Positions 10,232-19,303 of a DNA stretch of 64,000 nt are shown here, one piece after another. The stretch's first letter is position 1. Every line of letters begins with the position of its first letter. The translations under genes and the position numbers were made by a program. This stretch comes from Gammaproteobacteria bacterium (lineage in GTDB: Bacteria > Pseudomonadota > Gammaproteobacteria > UBA4575): positions 960,001 through 1,024,000 of the forward strand of contig CBDEUS010000001.1 in the NCBI GenBank assembly GCA_965243395.1. Direction: 5' to 3'. The notes under the pieces are model-generated. The model made no database searches, was not told the DNA's origin, and worked only from the letters and a program-made list of their open reading frames with translations.

Positions 10232-11602
10232 TTAAGCTGCAAGGCGTTCAACATTCATTTTCATACCAAATTTAGGCCGCATTGTTGTTGCAGCATGTTT
10301 CTCAACTTTATGGCCAGGATACAAACTCAAGTTATAACGCTGTGCGATGAGCGCTACGACTAATTTACTTTGCATCAATGCCATGTACGAGCCAATGCAA
10401 TTACGGTGTCCTGCTGCAAAAGGAATATAAGCAAAGCGTGAACGCCCTACAGAACGCTCTTTGTCAAAACGACTGGGATCGAAGGTATCGGGCTCATCCC
10501 AATACTCCGGTAAGCGGTGAGTTACATAGGAAGAAATTATCACTGTCATATCTTTAGGTACGAGGTAACCCCCTATTTCATGGTCTTCTAATGCAACACG
10601 CGAAAAAGAATGTACCGAAGAATATAAACGTAAAGATTCCTTAATCACTTTCTCGGTGTAATCAAGCTTATTTAAGGAGTCAGCCGTTGGAGTTTGATCG
10701 CCTATTACTCGGTTTACCTCATCATATATTTTTTGCTTAACCTGAGGATATTTATCAATAACATACATCGTCCAACATAGCGAAGTAGCTGTAGTCTCAA
10801 ATGCTGTTACAAATAATGTAAGCAACTGGTCTCTCAAACTTCTCTTTTGACTTATTATTGAGCTCCTAACAGATGCATTATCAATGCTGTCCTCAATTAA
10901 AAGGTGTTTTAAAAACCCTATATCATTATTAATAATATCAGGATATTCATCTAATAATTCATACACTGTCTTATTTAAAGCCTTGAGAGCTCTTCTGAAA
11001 TTTATTTCTTTTTTTAGATTTTTGGGCTTTAACAAGGAGGATTTTAAATCCGTCATTTCAGGCCAGTTCATTCTTATTTGATTATAAATATCGAATACTC
11101 TTTGTGAGCGCGATTTAAACCCTTCGCCCATTACCCAAACACCCGCCAACAACTGCGTTAACAGGTTAAATTGAAACTCAAGCTCGATCGGCTTTTCTTG
11201 TTTGGCGTTATCTCCCCAAGTGTCAATGAAGTTAGACGCTAAACCCGTTATCCAGTCGACCTGTTTATCTAGTGACTTGGATGTAAATTTGGGTTGCGCA
11301 TGAGATCTCTGGTGTCTCCATACATCGCCTTCACTTAATAACATACCCTCACCTATCACCATGCGGACTTGTTTGTAGCGGGTATTTTTCTTGTACTTCT
11401 CATAATGATCTACAAGAACTTCCTTTATCAATTTGGGATCAGAAACGAGATAGGAATAATATGCCCCCATATTGATACGAGCGATCCCACCATGTTCTGA
11501 AGCTACTTTTTTAAGAAACTCCATAGGGTTTGCGCGCATTTCCGGCAAACAACCTAATTTGCCATCTCCTTCAGGCCCAGGTGGAAGCTGATGCTTAGAC
11601 AT
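10232..11602 (-). CDS. Cytochrome P450
   Basis: Heme motif FAAGHRNCIG, ExxR (ESLR), FDPSRF and I-helix TAFETT. Confidence 0.95.
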   Translation of the reverse strand: MSKHQLPPGPEGDGKLGCLPEMRANPMEFLKKVASEHGGIARINMGAYYSYLVSDPKLIKEVLVDHYEKYKKNTRYKQVRMVIGEGMLLSEGDVWRHQRSHAQPKFTSKSLDKQVDWITGLASNFIDTWGDNAKQEKPIELEFQFNLLTQLLAGVWVMGEGFKSRSQRVFDIYNQIRMNWPEMTDLKSSLLKPKNLKKEINFRRALKALNKTVYELLDEYPDIINNDIGFLKHLLIEDSIDNASVRSSIISQKRSLRDQLLTLFVTAFETTATSLCWTMYVIDKYPQVKQKIYDEVNRVIGDQTPTADSLNKLDYTEKVIKESLRLYSSVHSFSRVALEDHEIGGYLVPKDMTVIISSYVTHRLPEYWDEPDTFDPSRFDKERSVGRSRFAYIPFAAGHRNCIGSYMALMQSKLVVALIAQRYNLSLYPGHKVEKHAATTMRPKFGMKMNVERLAA

Positions 11603-11633
11603 TATCTAAAATAATGATTTTTAGTTTGATTTA

Positions 11634-12053
11634 TTAATTGTTCTGACAGTTTGCGTTGTCGCAGACTCCGTAAATAATTAATGAATGATCAGAAATACGA
11701 AAACCATTCTTTTCGGCAATTTCTTTTTGCTTGTTTTCAATCTTTTCATCCACAAATTCTACAATCTTGCCACACGTTACACAGATCAAATGGTCATGAT
11801 GCTTACCGCTTTCCAACTCAAATACGGCTTGCCCGGATTCAAAGTGATGACGTATAACAAGTCCTGCCCCTTCAAATTGTGTTAATACACGGTAAATTGT
11901 CGCTAAACCAATCTCTTCGTCTGAATCAAGCAGTACTTTATAAATATCTTCTGCACTCATATGTTTTTTATTAGAACCCTCCAGGATTTCTAATATTTTC
12001 ATGCGTGGCAAAGTAACTTTTAAACCCGCGCGTTTTAAATCCTGATTTTCCAT
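11634..12053 (-). CDS. fur: Ferric uptake regulator
   Basis: LKRAGLKVTLPR, GLATIYRVLTQFE and HHDHLICxxCG. Confidence 0.97.
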   Translation of the reverse strand: MENQDLKRAGLKVTLPRMKILEILEGSNKKHMSAEDIYKVLLDSDEEIGLATIYRVLTQFEGAGLVIRHHFESGQAVFELESGKHHDHLICVTCGKIVEFVDEKIENKQKEIAEKNGFRISDHSLIIYGVCDNANCQNN

Positions 12054-12077
12054 TCTATATATGTCTTGGTACTCGAA

Positions 12078-12452
12078 TTACTTGTCGTAAAAGTTCTTTT
12101 TCTTAAAATATTCTAATTTACGCATTAGGCTTTTTACTGCTTGTTCATACGTATGGGTAATATTTGAAAAACAATAACCCCGCAACCATGCTTCTAATTC
12201 TTCAACGGTTTTTTTATTTACTATGCTATAGGTGTCTTCAGTAAGATAGTTATACGAAGAAATGTACCCTGACAGCCAAGTACGATAATAAGATTTACCC
12301 ACCTCGTCCGCATCCACAAACCCTCGGCATGAATCTTTGCCTACTCCAGAAACCAAATAGCGACCTGCCATATCTGCAGCATTGACTAAGTTACCAGCAA
12401 AAACTAATACAAACACTAAAAATATCTTTACGAAAAAAAGTTTGTGCTTCAT
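12078..12452 (-). CDS. Exported small hypothetical protein
   Basis: Likely start ATG 12452 (MKHKLFF...), giving a signal peptide ending VNA; two Cys (SC...YC); WLSGYIS motif. Confidence 0.65.
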   Translation of the reverse strand: MKHKLFFVKIFLVFVLVFAGNLVNAADMAGRYLVSGVGKDSCRGFVDADEVGKSYYRTWLSGYISSYNYLTEDTYSIVNKKTVEELEAWLRGYCFSNITHTYEQAVKSLMRKLEYFKKKNFYDK

Positions 12453-12495
12453 GAAGAAGAATATCTTGCCATATAAAAGAAATAGTGTACCCAGT

Positions 12496-12525
12496 AAAAA
12501 CAAAACCCGCCACGATGGGCGGGTT
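12496..12525 (-). terminator. Rho-independent terminator
   Basis: Minus strand AACCCGCC-catcgt-GGCGGGTT followed by TTGTTTTT. Confidence 0.8.
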
Positions 12526-12701
12526 GATAGATGCCTTTCTTTTGCGATTCAACTTTAGCGTTTATACGTTTTAATTGATGACCCAACTAGAGGAGAAAGG
12601 GCTGCTAAATGTATTTACGCAAGGCTATATGATGGTTTCAGAAGATTTGTTTTATAGTTATTGCTCCTTCTGGATTCTCTATTTCGCCTCTCAACGCAAT
12701 G
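12496..12701 (-). ncRNA. Candidate sRNA or attenuated leader (~200 nt)
   Basis: Extended -10 TG-G-TACATT (12707-12715); no ATG-initiated ORF in the minus-strand transcript; ends in an intrinsic terminator. Confidence 0.45.
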
Positions 12702-12968
12702 AGATTAATGTACCACCAGTCGCTAAATTACCACAGCTTAACCCAAAGAGGTACATTAAAAATGAGGTTAAATGCATTGATGTTTCTATATTTTTACAGC
12801 TATGTAACTAAAACTCATTTGAAAACAGGAAGATATGTATTCTAGCTAAATTGAATATAAACATATTTAGCATATATTATTGAATATAAAGGGATTTATA
12901 GAGTTCTTATTCTATAAATCCTAAGGATCAAATAATTATGATAAAGCAGACTCTTAATTAAGAGTTCA

Positions 12969-13586
12969 CTAGAGCTTGTGCGTACCTTTCATTCGAGAGT
13001 CCCAAGGAATTTCAGGTCCAGATGCTCCGGCGAGTAACTCGCGATCATTGGGGACATGTTTTACGAATTGAACAATAGCAGTCGATAATTGCCGTAAGCG
13101 TTCCAATGCACCTTCATCTACCAGCACACCATCACGGTAATAATCAGAGGTTAAATAGACACCACCTGGTAATGCATGAGCATGGAAAAAGCCTAAAAGT
13201 GGTTTTATTTCGTGTTCAATACTCAAATAATGATGTTGTGTGGATGCAGTAACGATAATTCCTACAGGCTTACCCACTAACGCATCATTTGGGATTACAT
13301 CAAAAACATTTTTTAAAATACCCGTATACGAACCTCGATATACCGGTGTACCCAGAATCAAAGCATCCGCAGCAACAATTTTATCGATTAAAGTCTTGGT
13401 GTCTCCTTCATACAATGCCGGATCTCGACCATCACAAAGCACAATATCGAGATCACGAACATTAATCGTTTCCATAGATATGTTTGGATCTTCCTGATGA
13501 GCATATTTTACCGCTTGTTTGACTGCATTTAATGTTCTAGAAGCAGCATTTCGTGCGGGGCTACCAGATAAGCCAAGCAAATTCAT
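12969..13586 (-). CDS. NAD(P)H-dependent FMN reductase (SsuE-like)
   Basis: LSGSP...SRT, GTPVYRGSYTGILKNVFD and LVGKPV flavodoxin-fold motifs. Confidence 0.88.
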   Translation of the reverse strand: MNLLGLSGSPARNAASRTLNAVKQAVKYAHQEDPNISMETINVRDLDIVLCDGRDPALYEGDTKTLIDKIVAADALILGTPVYRGSYTGILKNVFDVIPNDALVGKPVGIIVTASTQHHYLSIEHEIKPLLGFFHAHALPGGVYLTSDYYRDGVLVDEGALERLRQLSTAIVQFVKHVPNDRELLAGASGPEIPWDSRMKGTHKL

Positions 13587-13600
13587 TAGGGTTCCTAAAA

Positions 13601-14842
13601 TTATTTCCAGTGTGGAACTATATTTTTAAGCTCGATTACATGTCCCATTTTATCGCGCTTGGCTTCCATATATCTTCGTCGATACTCACTATCGGTTGGT
13701 GCAATCATCGGAATACGCTCAACTAAATTAATATCGTAGGCGTCCATCCAATTGCATTTGTCGGGGTTGTTGGTGATCAGCTGAGCGTTTTTAACGTTCA
13801 GTGCTCTAAGCATATGAGCAGCCACAGAAAAATCACGCTGATCGGCATCAAAACCTAGCTCTATATTGGCATCTACCGTATCCAGACCCTGCTCTTGTAA
13901 CGAATAAGCTTTAAGCTTATTTATGAGACCAATTCCACGGCCTTCATCGCGCATATAGATAATTACACCCTGCTGGTTTTGTTGCACCATGTCCATAGCC
14001 ATGCGGACTTGTTCGCCGCAGTCACATCGCATGGACCCAAAGACATCACCCGTTAAACATTCCGAATGAATACGCACCAAGACCTTATCATCAGGCTCCC
14101 ATTCACCATGTACCAAGGCTATATGCTCTTTATCGGTATATATGTCTTTAAAAGCAGAAATTTGAAAATCACCCCAACATGTAGGAAGGTCCACAGTGAT
14201 CTCATGTTCTACGCGTGATTCATAACGCAAACGATGCTTGATCAGCTCTTTAATTGTAAGAATTTTCAAATTATGTTGTTTTGCGAACTCAAACAGGTCT
14301 GGCAGTCGTGCCATGCTGCCATCTTCTTTCATAATCTCGCAAAGGACACCAACAGGACTTAATCCTGCAAGCTCCATTAAATCTACTGTAGCTTCAGTAT
14401 GACCATCTCTTCTAAACACTCCGCCGCGTGTTGCGCGCAAGGGAAAGACATGTCCTGGTCGCGCAAAATCATTTGCGGCTGTGGAAGGATCTGCAAGTGC
14501 TTTTATCGTTTTATAACGGTCAGAGGCAGATATTCCAGTAGTAGTGCCATGAATATAATCAACGGATACGGTGAATGGAGTTTTGTGCAGAGCATTATTT
14601 TCGTCCGACTCGACCATCAGGTCTAAACCCAGCCTTCTTGAGCGCTCTTCGGTGATGGCAGCACAAATTAGGCCTCGGCCAAATTTGGCCAAGAAATTCA
14701 CCATTTCAGGTGTGCACTTATCCGCCGCTCCTATTAAATCGCCTTCATTCTCACGGGATTCATCGTCTACAACAATCACAAGCTTGCCCAACTTGAGATC
14801 TTCTAAAACTTCAGTGACGGTATTAAATGAATATTCGCTCAT
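13601..14842 (-). CDS. ribBA: Bifunctional DHBP synthase / GTP cyclohydrolase II
   Basis: DDESRENEGDL and GHTEA (RibB); RIHSECLTGD, RCDCG, EGRGIG and TNNPDK (RibA); start moved to ATG 14842 (MSEYSF). Confidence 0.93.
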   Translation of the reverse strand: MSEYSFNTVTEVLEDLKLGKLVIVVDDESRENEGDLIGAADKCTPEMVNFLAKFGRGLICAAITEERSRRLGLDLMVESDENNALHKTPFTVSVDYIHGTTTGISASDRYKTIKALADPSTAANDFARPGHVFPLRATRGGVFRRDGHTEATVDLMELAGLSPVGVLCEIMKEDGSMARLPDLFEFAKQHNLKILTIKELIKHRLRYESRVEHEITVDLPTCWGDFQISAFKDIYTDKEHIALVHGEWEPDDKVLVRIHSECLTGDVFGSMRCDCGEQVRMAMDMVQQNQQGVIIYMRDEGRGIGLINKLKAYSLQEQGLDTVDANIELGFDADQRDFSVAAHMLRALNVKNAQLITNNPDKCNWMDAYDINLVERIPMIAPTDSEYRRRYMEAKRDKMGHVIELKNIVPHWK

Positions 14843-14975
14843 AATCAGTTGATAATATTTGGCTTTAAATGGTTTCTGTAATCTTAAATAGTAAATGACC
14901 TCTAAGGCATTTGCACCTACCACTTTGGCGTTAATCCGAGGAATTTAGGCCATTAGTCAGTAGCGTATATTCAGA

Positions 14976-15063
14976 TGGTGCCCGGGGCCGGAGTCGAACC
15001 GGCACGGTATTATCTACCGAGGGATTTTAAGTCCCTTGCGTCTACCAATTTCGCCACCCGGGC
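14976..15063 (-). tRNA. tRNA-Leu(TAA)
   Basis: GCCCGGGTGGCGAAATTGGTAGACGCAAGGGACTTAAAATCCCT...GTTCGACTCCGGCCCCGGGCACCA, with long variable arm. Confidence 0.97.
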
Positions 15064-15131
15064 TAATACAGTTAGTACCTAATAGTGCGGCTACACCGAT
15101 TTTATTTGCGAGCAATACCCACTCGCAAGTG

Positions 15132-15205
15132 TGGAGGCTAGGACCGGAATCGAACCGGTGTCTACGGTTTTGCAAACCGCTGTATAACCACTCTACCACC
15201 TAGCC
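15132..15205 (-). tRNA. tRNA-Cys(GCA)
   Basis: GGCTAGGTGGTAGAGTGGTTATACAGCGGTTTGCAAAACCGT...GTTCGATTCCGGTCCTAGCCTCCA, 74 nt. Confidence 0.96.
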
Positions 15206-15246
15206 AGATTAACTACTAAATGAGTATATACAAGACTAATACAAAT

Positions 15247-15275
15247 AAAAAAACCTCGGAAGGAACCAGAGGTTT
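15247..15275 (-). terminator. Minus-oriented intrinsic terminator upstream of tRNA-Cys
   Basis: Minus strand AAACCTC-tggttccttcc-GAGGTTTTTTT. Confidence 0.55.
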
Positions 15276-15677
15276 ACTTGGCGAAGCTCTATCTAATATG
15301 CGAGCTATATTAGCAATCCATATCAATGTGTAAAAGTACTTTAGTTCGCAGCTATATATCTGAAAATGCTGATATTAAAGAGGCTACCCTATGAGCTTTT
15401 CATACCTCTTTCTCAAATTGTTTACTGGAACCTCAATCAAGCTTGATTGTACTGCCCACTTTCTAAGTTCAATCCAACCTCGTTTCGTTTACGTCGGTGT
15501 AAGTCATGAGTATTTCGGACTTTACGCTAGCTACTTCTAATTCTTAGACCAAAGCTTGAATACGTCATATTTATTAGTAACTTGGAAGGGTTTTTGCTCT
15601 GTAACCTTTTTTTACAATTCAGTAAAAAAACTCTAACTTGTTAAACTTTGTTAACACGCTGTTACTAATAAAAAATG

Positions 15678-15720
15678 TGCGAGGTGTATCAATATTAGAG
15701 ATCACTAAATTTGCCAATAT
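15678..15720 (+). promoter_or_regulatory. CRP/FNR-family class II-like promoter of the MarR gene
   Basis: TGCGA-ggtgta-TCAAT (15678-15693) centred 29.5 bp from extended -10 TG-C-CAATAT (15715-15720). Confidence 0.4.
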
Positions 15721-15776
15721 GAATCAGCAGGCTTCGTGCATATTTGCTGTGACATGAATAAATAAGGACATTTATC

Positions 15777-16253
15777 GTGAGTGATAGATTTGATAAAAAT
15801 GAAGAAAAAAATGGTATATCTGATGCATGTTTAGATATTAATGCAGCTTCAGTGTTATTTGGCTTAAGTCTGGTAAATAAAGCTAAACTACATTTAAAAA
15901 AGCCTTTGCAACAAGCAAATTTGACTTTGACACAGTGGCTGGTGTTGAAAATTATTTATCTAGAACGTGCAGACACACCAACGAGCATTTCCAAAACGAT
16001 TGATGCAGATCCAACAACTATTACTCGTCATTTAGATACTTTAGAAGAGCGAGGGTTAATTGATCGTAACCACGACAAAAATGACCGTCGCGTTATCCAA
16101 TTAATCATTACCAAAAAAGGGATTTCAGTAGCTAAATCAATATATCAAGGCTATTCAGGTATATTTAATGATTTTGAACGCTACATGACAACTGATGAGC
16201 GCGTCATTTGGAAAAAAATTGAACATTGCGTTCATAAACACCTAAAAGAGTAA
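15777..16253 (+). CDS. MarR-family transcriptional regulator
   Basis: LTLTQWLVL, DPTTITRHLDTLEERGLI and DRRV winged-helix motifs; GTG start with AGGA SD. Confidence 0.9.
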   Translation: MSDRFDKNEEKNGISDACLDINAASVLFGLSLVNKAKLHLKKPLQQANLTLTQWLVLKIIYLERADTPTSISKTIDADPTTITRHLDTLEERGLIDRNHDKNDRRVIQLIITKKGISVAKSIYQGYSGIFNDFERYMTTDERVIWKKIEHCVHKHLKE

Positions 16254-16636
16254 AAATTAATACCTACATATACACGTCTTCTTAATATAAGAATAAAAAT
16301 AAACTCATTATATTGACCTTTACCGCAGCACAAGCGGTTCAAAAAAGTATCTGATCACAAATCGATGATAGACGTGTTCGCTTAGCAAGCGTCGTACAAT
16401 TGACAGAGTACGTCATTGAAGACGAAAGACAAAAAAACTAATCTAAAATTTCCAATCTTAGATTTAACTTTAGCTCATTCAAATAAAAACATGTTTTATC
16501 TAATAAACGTACTATACAGTACGAAGACATTCTCATGCATGTGATTTAACGTGTATGTAATATTCTTTGAACTATTATACTGATACGATATCTATAAATT
16601 TTAAAACATTAAAAGAACTATCTAGTTCAGGAAACC

Positions 16637-17092
16637 ATGGTTTCTCTTAATATCAATAATAAAGACATAACACTTGATATAGATGAAGACACTCCGCTCC
16701 TGTGGGCAATACGTGATGAAGCTCATTTAACGGGAACTAAATACGGTTGTGGTCTCGCACTTTGCGGAGCTTGCACAATTTATCTTGATAACCAACCTAT
16801 ACGTTCTTGTGTTACTCCTGTATCAGCTGCTGTTGGTAAAAAAATTACTACGATTGAAGGCTTAGAGTCCAAGGAAAGCCAAGCTGTTCAACAAGCTTGG
16901 AAAAATTTAGATGTCCCCCAATGTGGTTACTGTCAATCGGGCCAAATCATGTCAGCAACGGCATTACTAAAAAATAACAAATCCCCAAGTGATGATGATA
17001 TCAATGCATTTATGTCAGGAAACATCTGTCGTTGTGTAACCTATGTACGTATTCGAGCAGCAATAAAACAAGCTGCCAAAGATCTTGCTTAA
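16637..17092 (+). CDS. iorA: 2x[2Fe-2S] small subunit of a molybdo-oxidoreductase (IorA-like)
   Basis: GTKYGCGxxxCGACT, QCGYCQSGQ and GNICRC. Confidence 0.9.
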   Translation: MVSLNINNKDITLDIDEDTPLLWAIRDEAHLTGTKYGCGLALCGACTIYLDNQPIRSCVTPVSAAVGKKITTIEGLESKESQAVQQAWKNLDVPQCGYCQSGQIMSATALLKNNKSPSDDDINAFMSGNICRCVTYVRIRAAIKQAAKDLA

Positions 17093-17101
17093 CTACATAC
17101 G

Positions 17102-19303
17102 ATGTCAAAGTCTGAACTAATCAATTTAAGTAGAAGAAATTTTCTAAAAGCGGGTGTTGTTTCTGGTACCGGACTAACGTTAGGTATTTATTTTGGCTCA
17201 TCACTCGCAGAAGAACTTACATCCGGCCCTGGTCACTCTACTGCGGAGCTGGCTAATCAAGCTCAGTTAGAGCCAAATGCGTTTGTTCGAATTGGAACAG
17301 ATAACTCCGTTACTGTCATCGCCAAACATATTGAGTTTGGCCAAGGAACTCATACTGGATTACCTACAATTGTCGCTGAAGAATTAGATGCAGCATGGGA
17401 GCAAATCAATGTAGAGAGTGCACCAGCAGATGCCACTCGCTATAACAATTTACATTGGGGGCCATACCAAGGCACGGGAGGTAGTTCAGCGATAGCTAAT
17501 TCTTATGAGCAACTGCGTAATGCCGGCGCCACGGCACGAGCAATGTTAGTAAATGCTGCTGCAAAATTATGGAACGTTTCACCCGAATCAATCGTTATAC
17601 AGCAGGGTGTTGTTCTGCACAAAGAATCGAATCAATCTTTAAATTTTGGTGAGCTTGCAGAATTAGCTTCAAAAGAGCCGATACCTGAAAAAGTAGCATT
17701 AAAGTCACCCGATGATTATGTCTACATTGGTAAACAATTACCACGCACTGATACAGCATTGAAAATTAATGGCACTGCAAAGTTTACACAAGACATTCAA
17801 CTACCAGACATGTTAACTGCCGTGGTCGCTCACCCTCCCAGATTCGGAACAAAGCTGAAATCGTTTGACGCTACGAATGCAAAAAAGGCTGCTGGCGTAA
17901 AAGACATATTTGCAATTCCTTCTGGCGTAGCAGTAATTGCAAAAAACTTTTGGTCAGCTAAAAAAGCACGCGATGCATTAGAAATTCAATGGGACGAATC
18001 TAATTCGTTTACTAAAAATTCACAGGATATTTTCGATGAGTATAAAGAATTAGCGAAAAAACCGGGTGCAACCGCATACACCAATGGCAGTGTTGATGAG
18101 GCATTTAATGAAGCAAACGAAACCATTAGTGCTAGTTATGAATTCCCTTTTCTTGCTCATGCCACAATGGAACCCATGAATTGTGTAATTCAGTTGAATA
18201 ATGATTCATGTGAACTTTGGTACGGTTCTCAAACTCAATCGGGAGATCTGTTTGCCGTTGCACAAACACTTGGACTAGCTCCTGAAAAAATAAAAATTAA
18301 TACTCTCTTTGCGGGTGGATCATTTGGGCGTCGCGCTAATCCAACAAGTGACTATGTAGTCGAAGCGGCCAACATTGCAAAAGCATCAAAATTATCAACA
18401 CCCATAAAATTAGTTTGGACGCGGGAAGATGATACCCTTGCAGGTTATTACCGACCTTTGAACTATCACGAATTAAAAGCCGCCGTTGATAATAATGGCA
18501 CCATCACTGCATGGCAGCACAGAATTGTGGGTCAATCCATTCTCACCGGAACTGCTTTTGAAGAAATGCTGGTTAAAGACGGTATCGATTCTACATCAGT
18601 CGAAGGAGCTGCAAATCTACCCTATTCCATTCCCAATATGCATGTTGATCTACATTCACCCACTCTTCCAGTACCTATTCAATGGTGGCGTTCTGTGGGC
18701 CACACACACACTGCAGTATCAACAGAAGTATTTTTAGATGAAATCGCGTACAAGATTGGTAAAGATCCTGTAGAACTTCGACGAGAATTATTGAAAAAAC
18801 ATCCACGTCATCTTGGAGTCCTAAACCTTGCAGCTGAAAAAGCTAAATGGGGAACTTCACTTGGTAAAAATAAAGGACGTGGAATTGCCGTGCATAAATC
18901 TTTTAATTCTTACGTCGCCGAAGTTGCGGAAGTTACTGTAAATGAAAATCAAACTTTTTCAGTTGACAAGATAACTATTGCAGTCGACTGTGGAATTGCG
19001 ATAAATCCAGATGTGATTCGTGCACAAATGGAAGGTGGAATGGGATATGGTTTATGTGCAACATTATCCAGTGCAATTACTTTAAAAGATGGTTATGTAG
19101 AGCAATCTAATTTTGATCGTTATCAAGTATTGCGTATGAACCAAATGCCTGAAGTCGAGGTTCATATTGTAGAATCAAACGAAAATCCAACTGGCGTGGG
19201 TGAACCCGGAACACCACCCATTGCACCTGCTGTAATTAATGCCATTGCTGCTGTGACAGGAAAATTTCATCATACACTCCCATTACCCAATAAACTGGCA
19301 TGA
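17102..19303 (+). CDS. iorB: Xanthine-dehydrogenase-family molybdopterin subunit (IorB-like), Tat-exported
   Basis: SRRNFLK twin-arginine signal; EFGQG, TGGSSA, GGSFGRR, WWRSVG, AQMEGG and GVGEPG. Confidence 0.9.
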   Translation: MSKSELINLSRRNFLKAGVVSGTGLTLGIYFGSSLAEELTSGPGHSTAELANQAQLEPNAFVRIGTDNSVTVIAKHIEFGQGTHTGLPTIVAEELDAAWEQINVESAPADATRYNNLHWGPYQGTGGSSAIANSYEQLRNAGATARAMLVNAAAKLWNVSPESIVIQQGVVLHKESNQSLNFGELAELASKEPIPEKVALKSPDDYVYIGKQLPRTDTALKINGTAKFTQDIQLPDMLTAVVAHPPRFGTKLKSFDATNAKKAAGVKDIFAIPSGVAVIAKNFWSAKKARDALEIQWDESNSFTKNSQDIFDEYKELAKKPGATAYTNGSVDEAFNEANETISASYEFPFLAHATMEPMNCVIQLNNDSCELWYGSQTQSGDLFAVAQTLGLAPEKIKINTLFAGGSFGRRANPTSDYVVEAANIAKASKLSTPIKLVWTREDDTLAGYYRPLNYHELKAAVDNNGTITAWQHRIVGQSILTGTAFEEMLVKDGIDSTSVEGAANLPYSIPNMHVDLHSPTLPVPIQWWRSVGHTHTAVSTEVFLDEIAYKIGKDPVELRRELLKKHPRHLGVLNLAAEKAKWGTSLGKNKGRGIAVHKSFNSYVAEVAEVTVNENQTFSVDKITIAVDCGIAINPDVIRAQMEGGMGYGLCATLSSAITLKDGYVEQSNFDRYQVLRMNQMPEVEVHIVESNENPTGVGEPGTPPIAPAVINAIAAVTGKFHHTLPLPNKLA

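Noticed and set aside
12575-12811. 78-aa + strand ORF
   Set aside because: No recognisable features; lies antisense to a better-supported promoter-terminator unit
14843-14975. FMN riboswitch upstream of ribBA
   Set aside because: No RFN consensus (AGGGCxGGGTGAAATTCCC...) and the region is short and AT-rich
15014-15199. 61-aa ORF
   Set aside because: It is a translation of the tRNA-Cys and tRNA-Leu genes
15257-15270. CGGAAGGAACCAG resembling the SRP RNA core
   Set aside because: Lacks the preceding TCAGG and the long SRP stem; better explained as a terminator loop
16254-16636. Moco riboswitch before iorAB
   Set aside because: No recognisable Moco RNA motif elements
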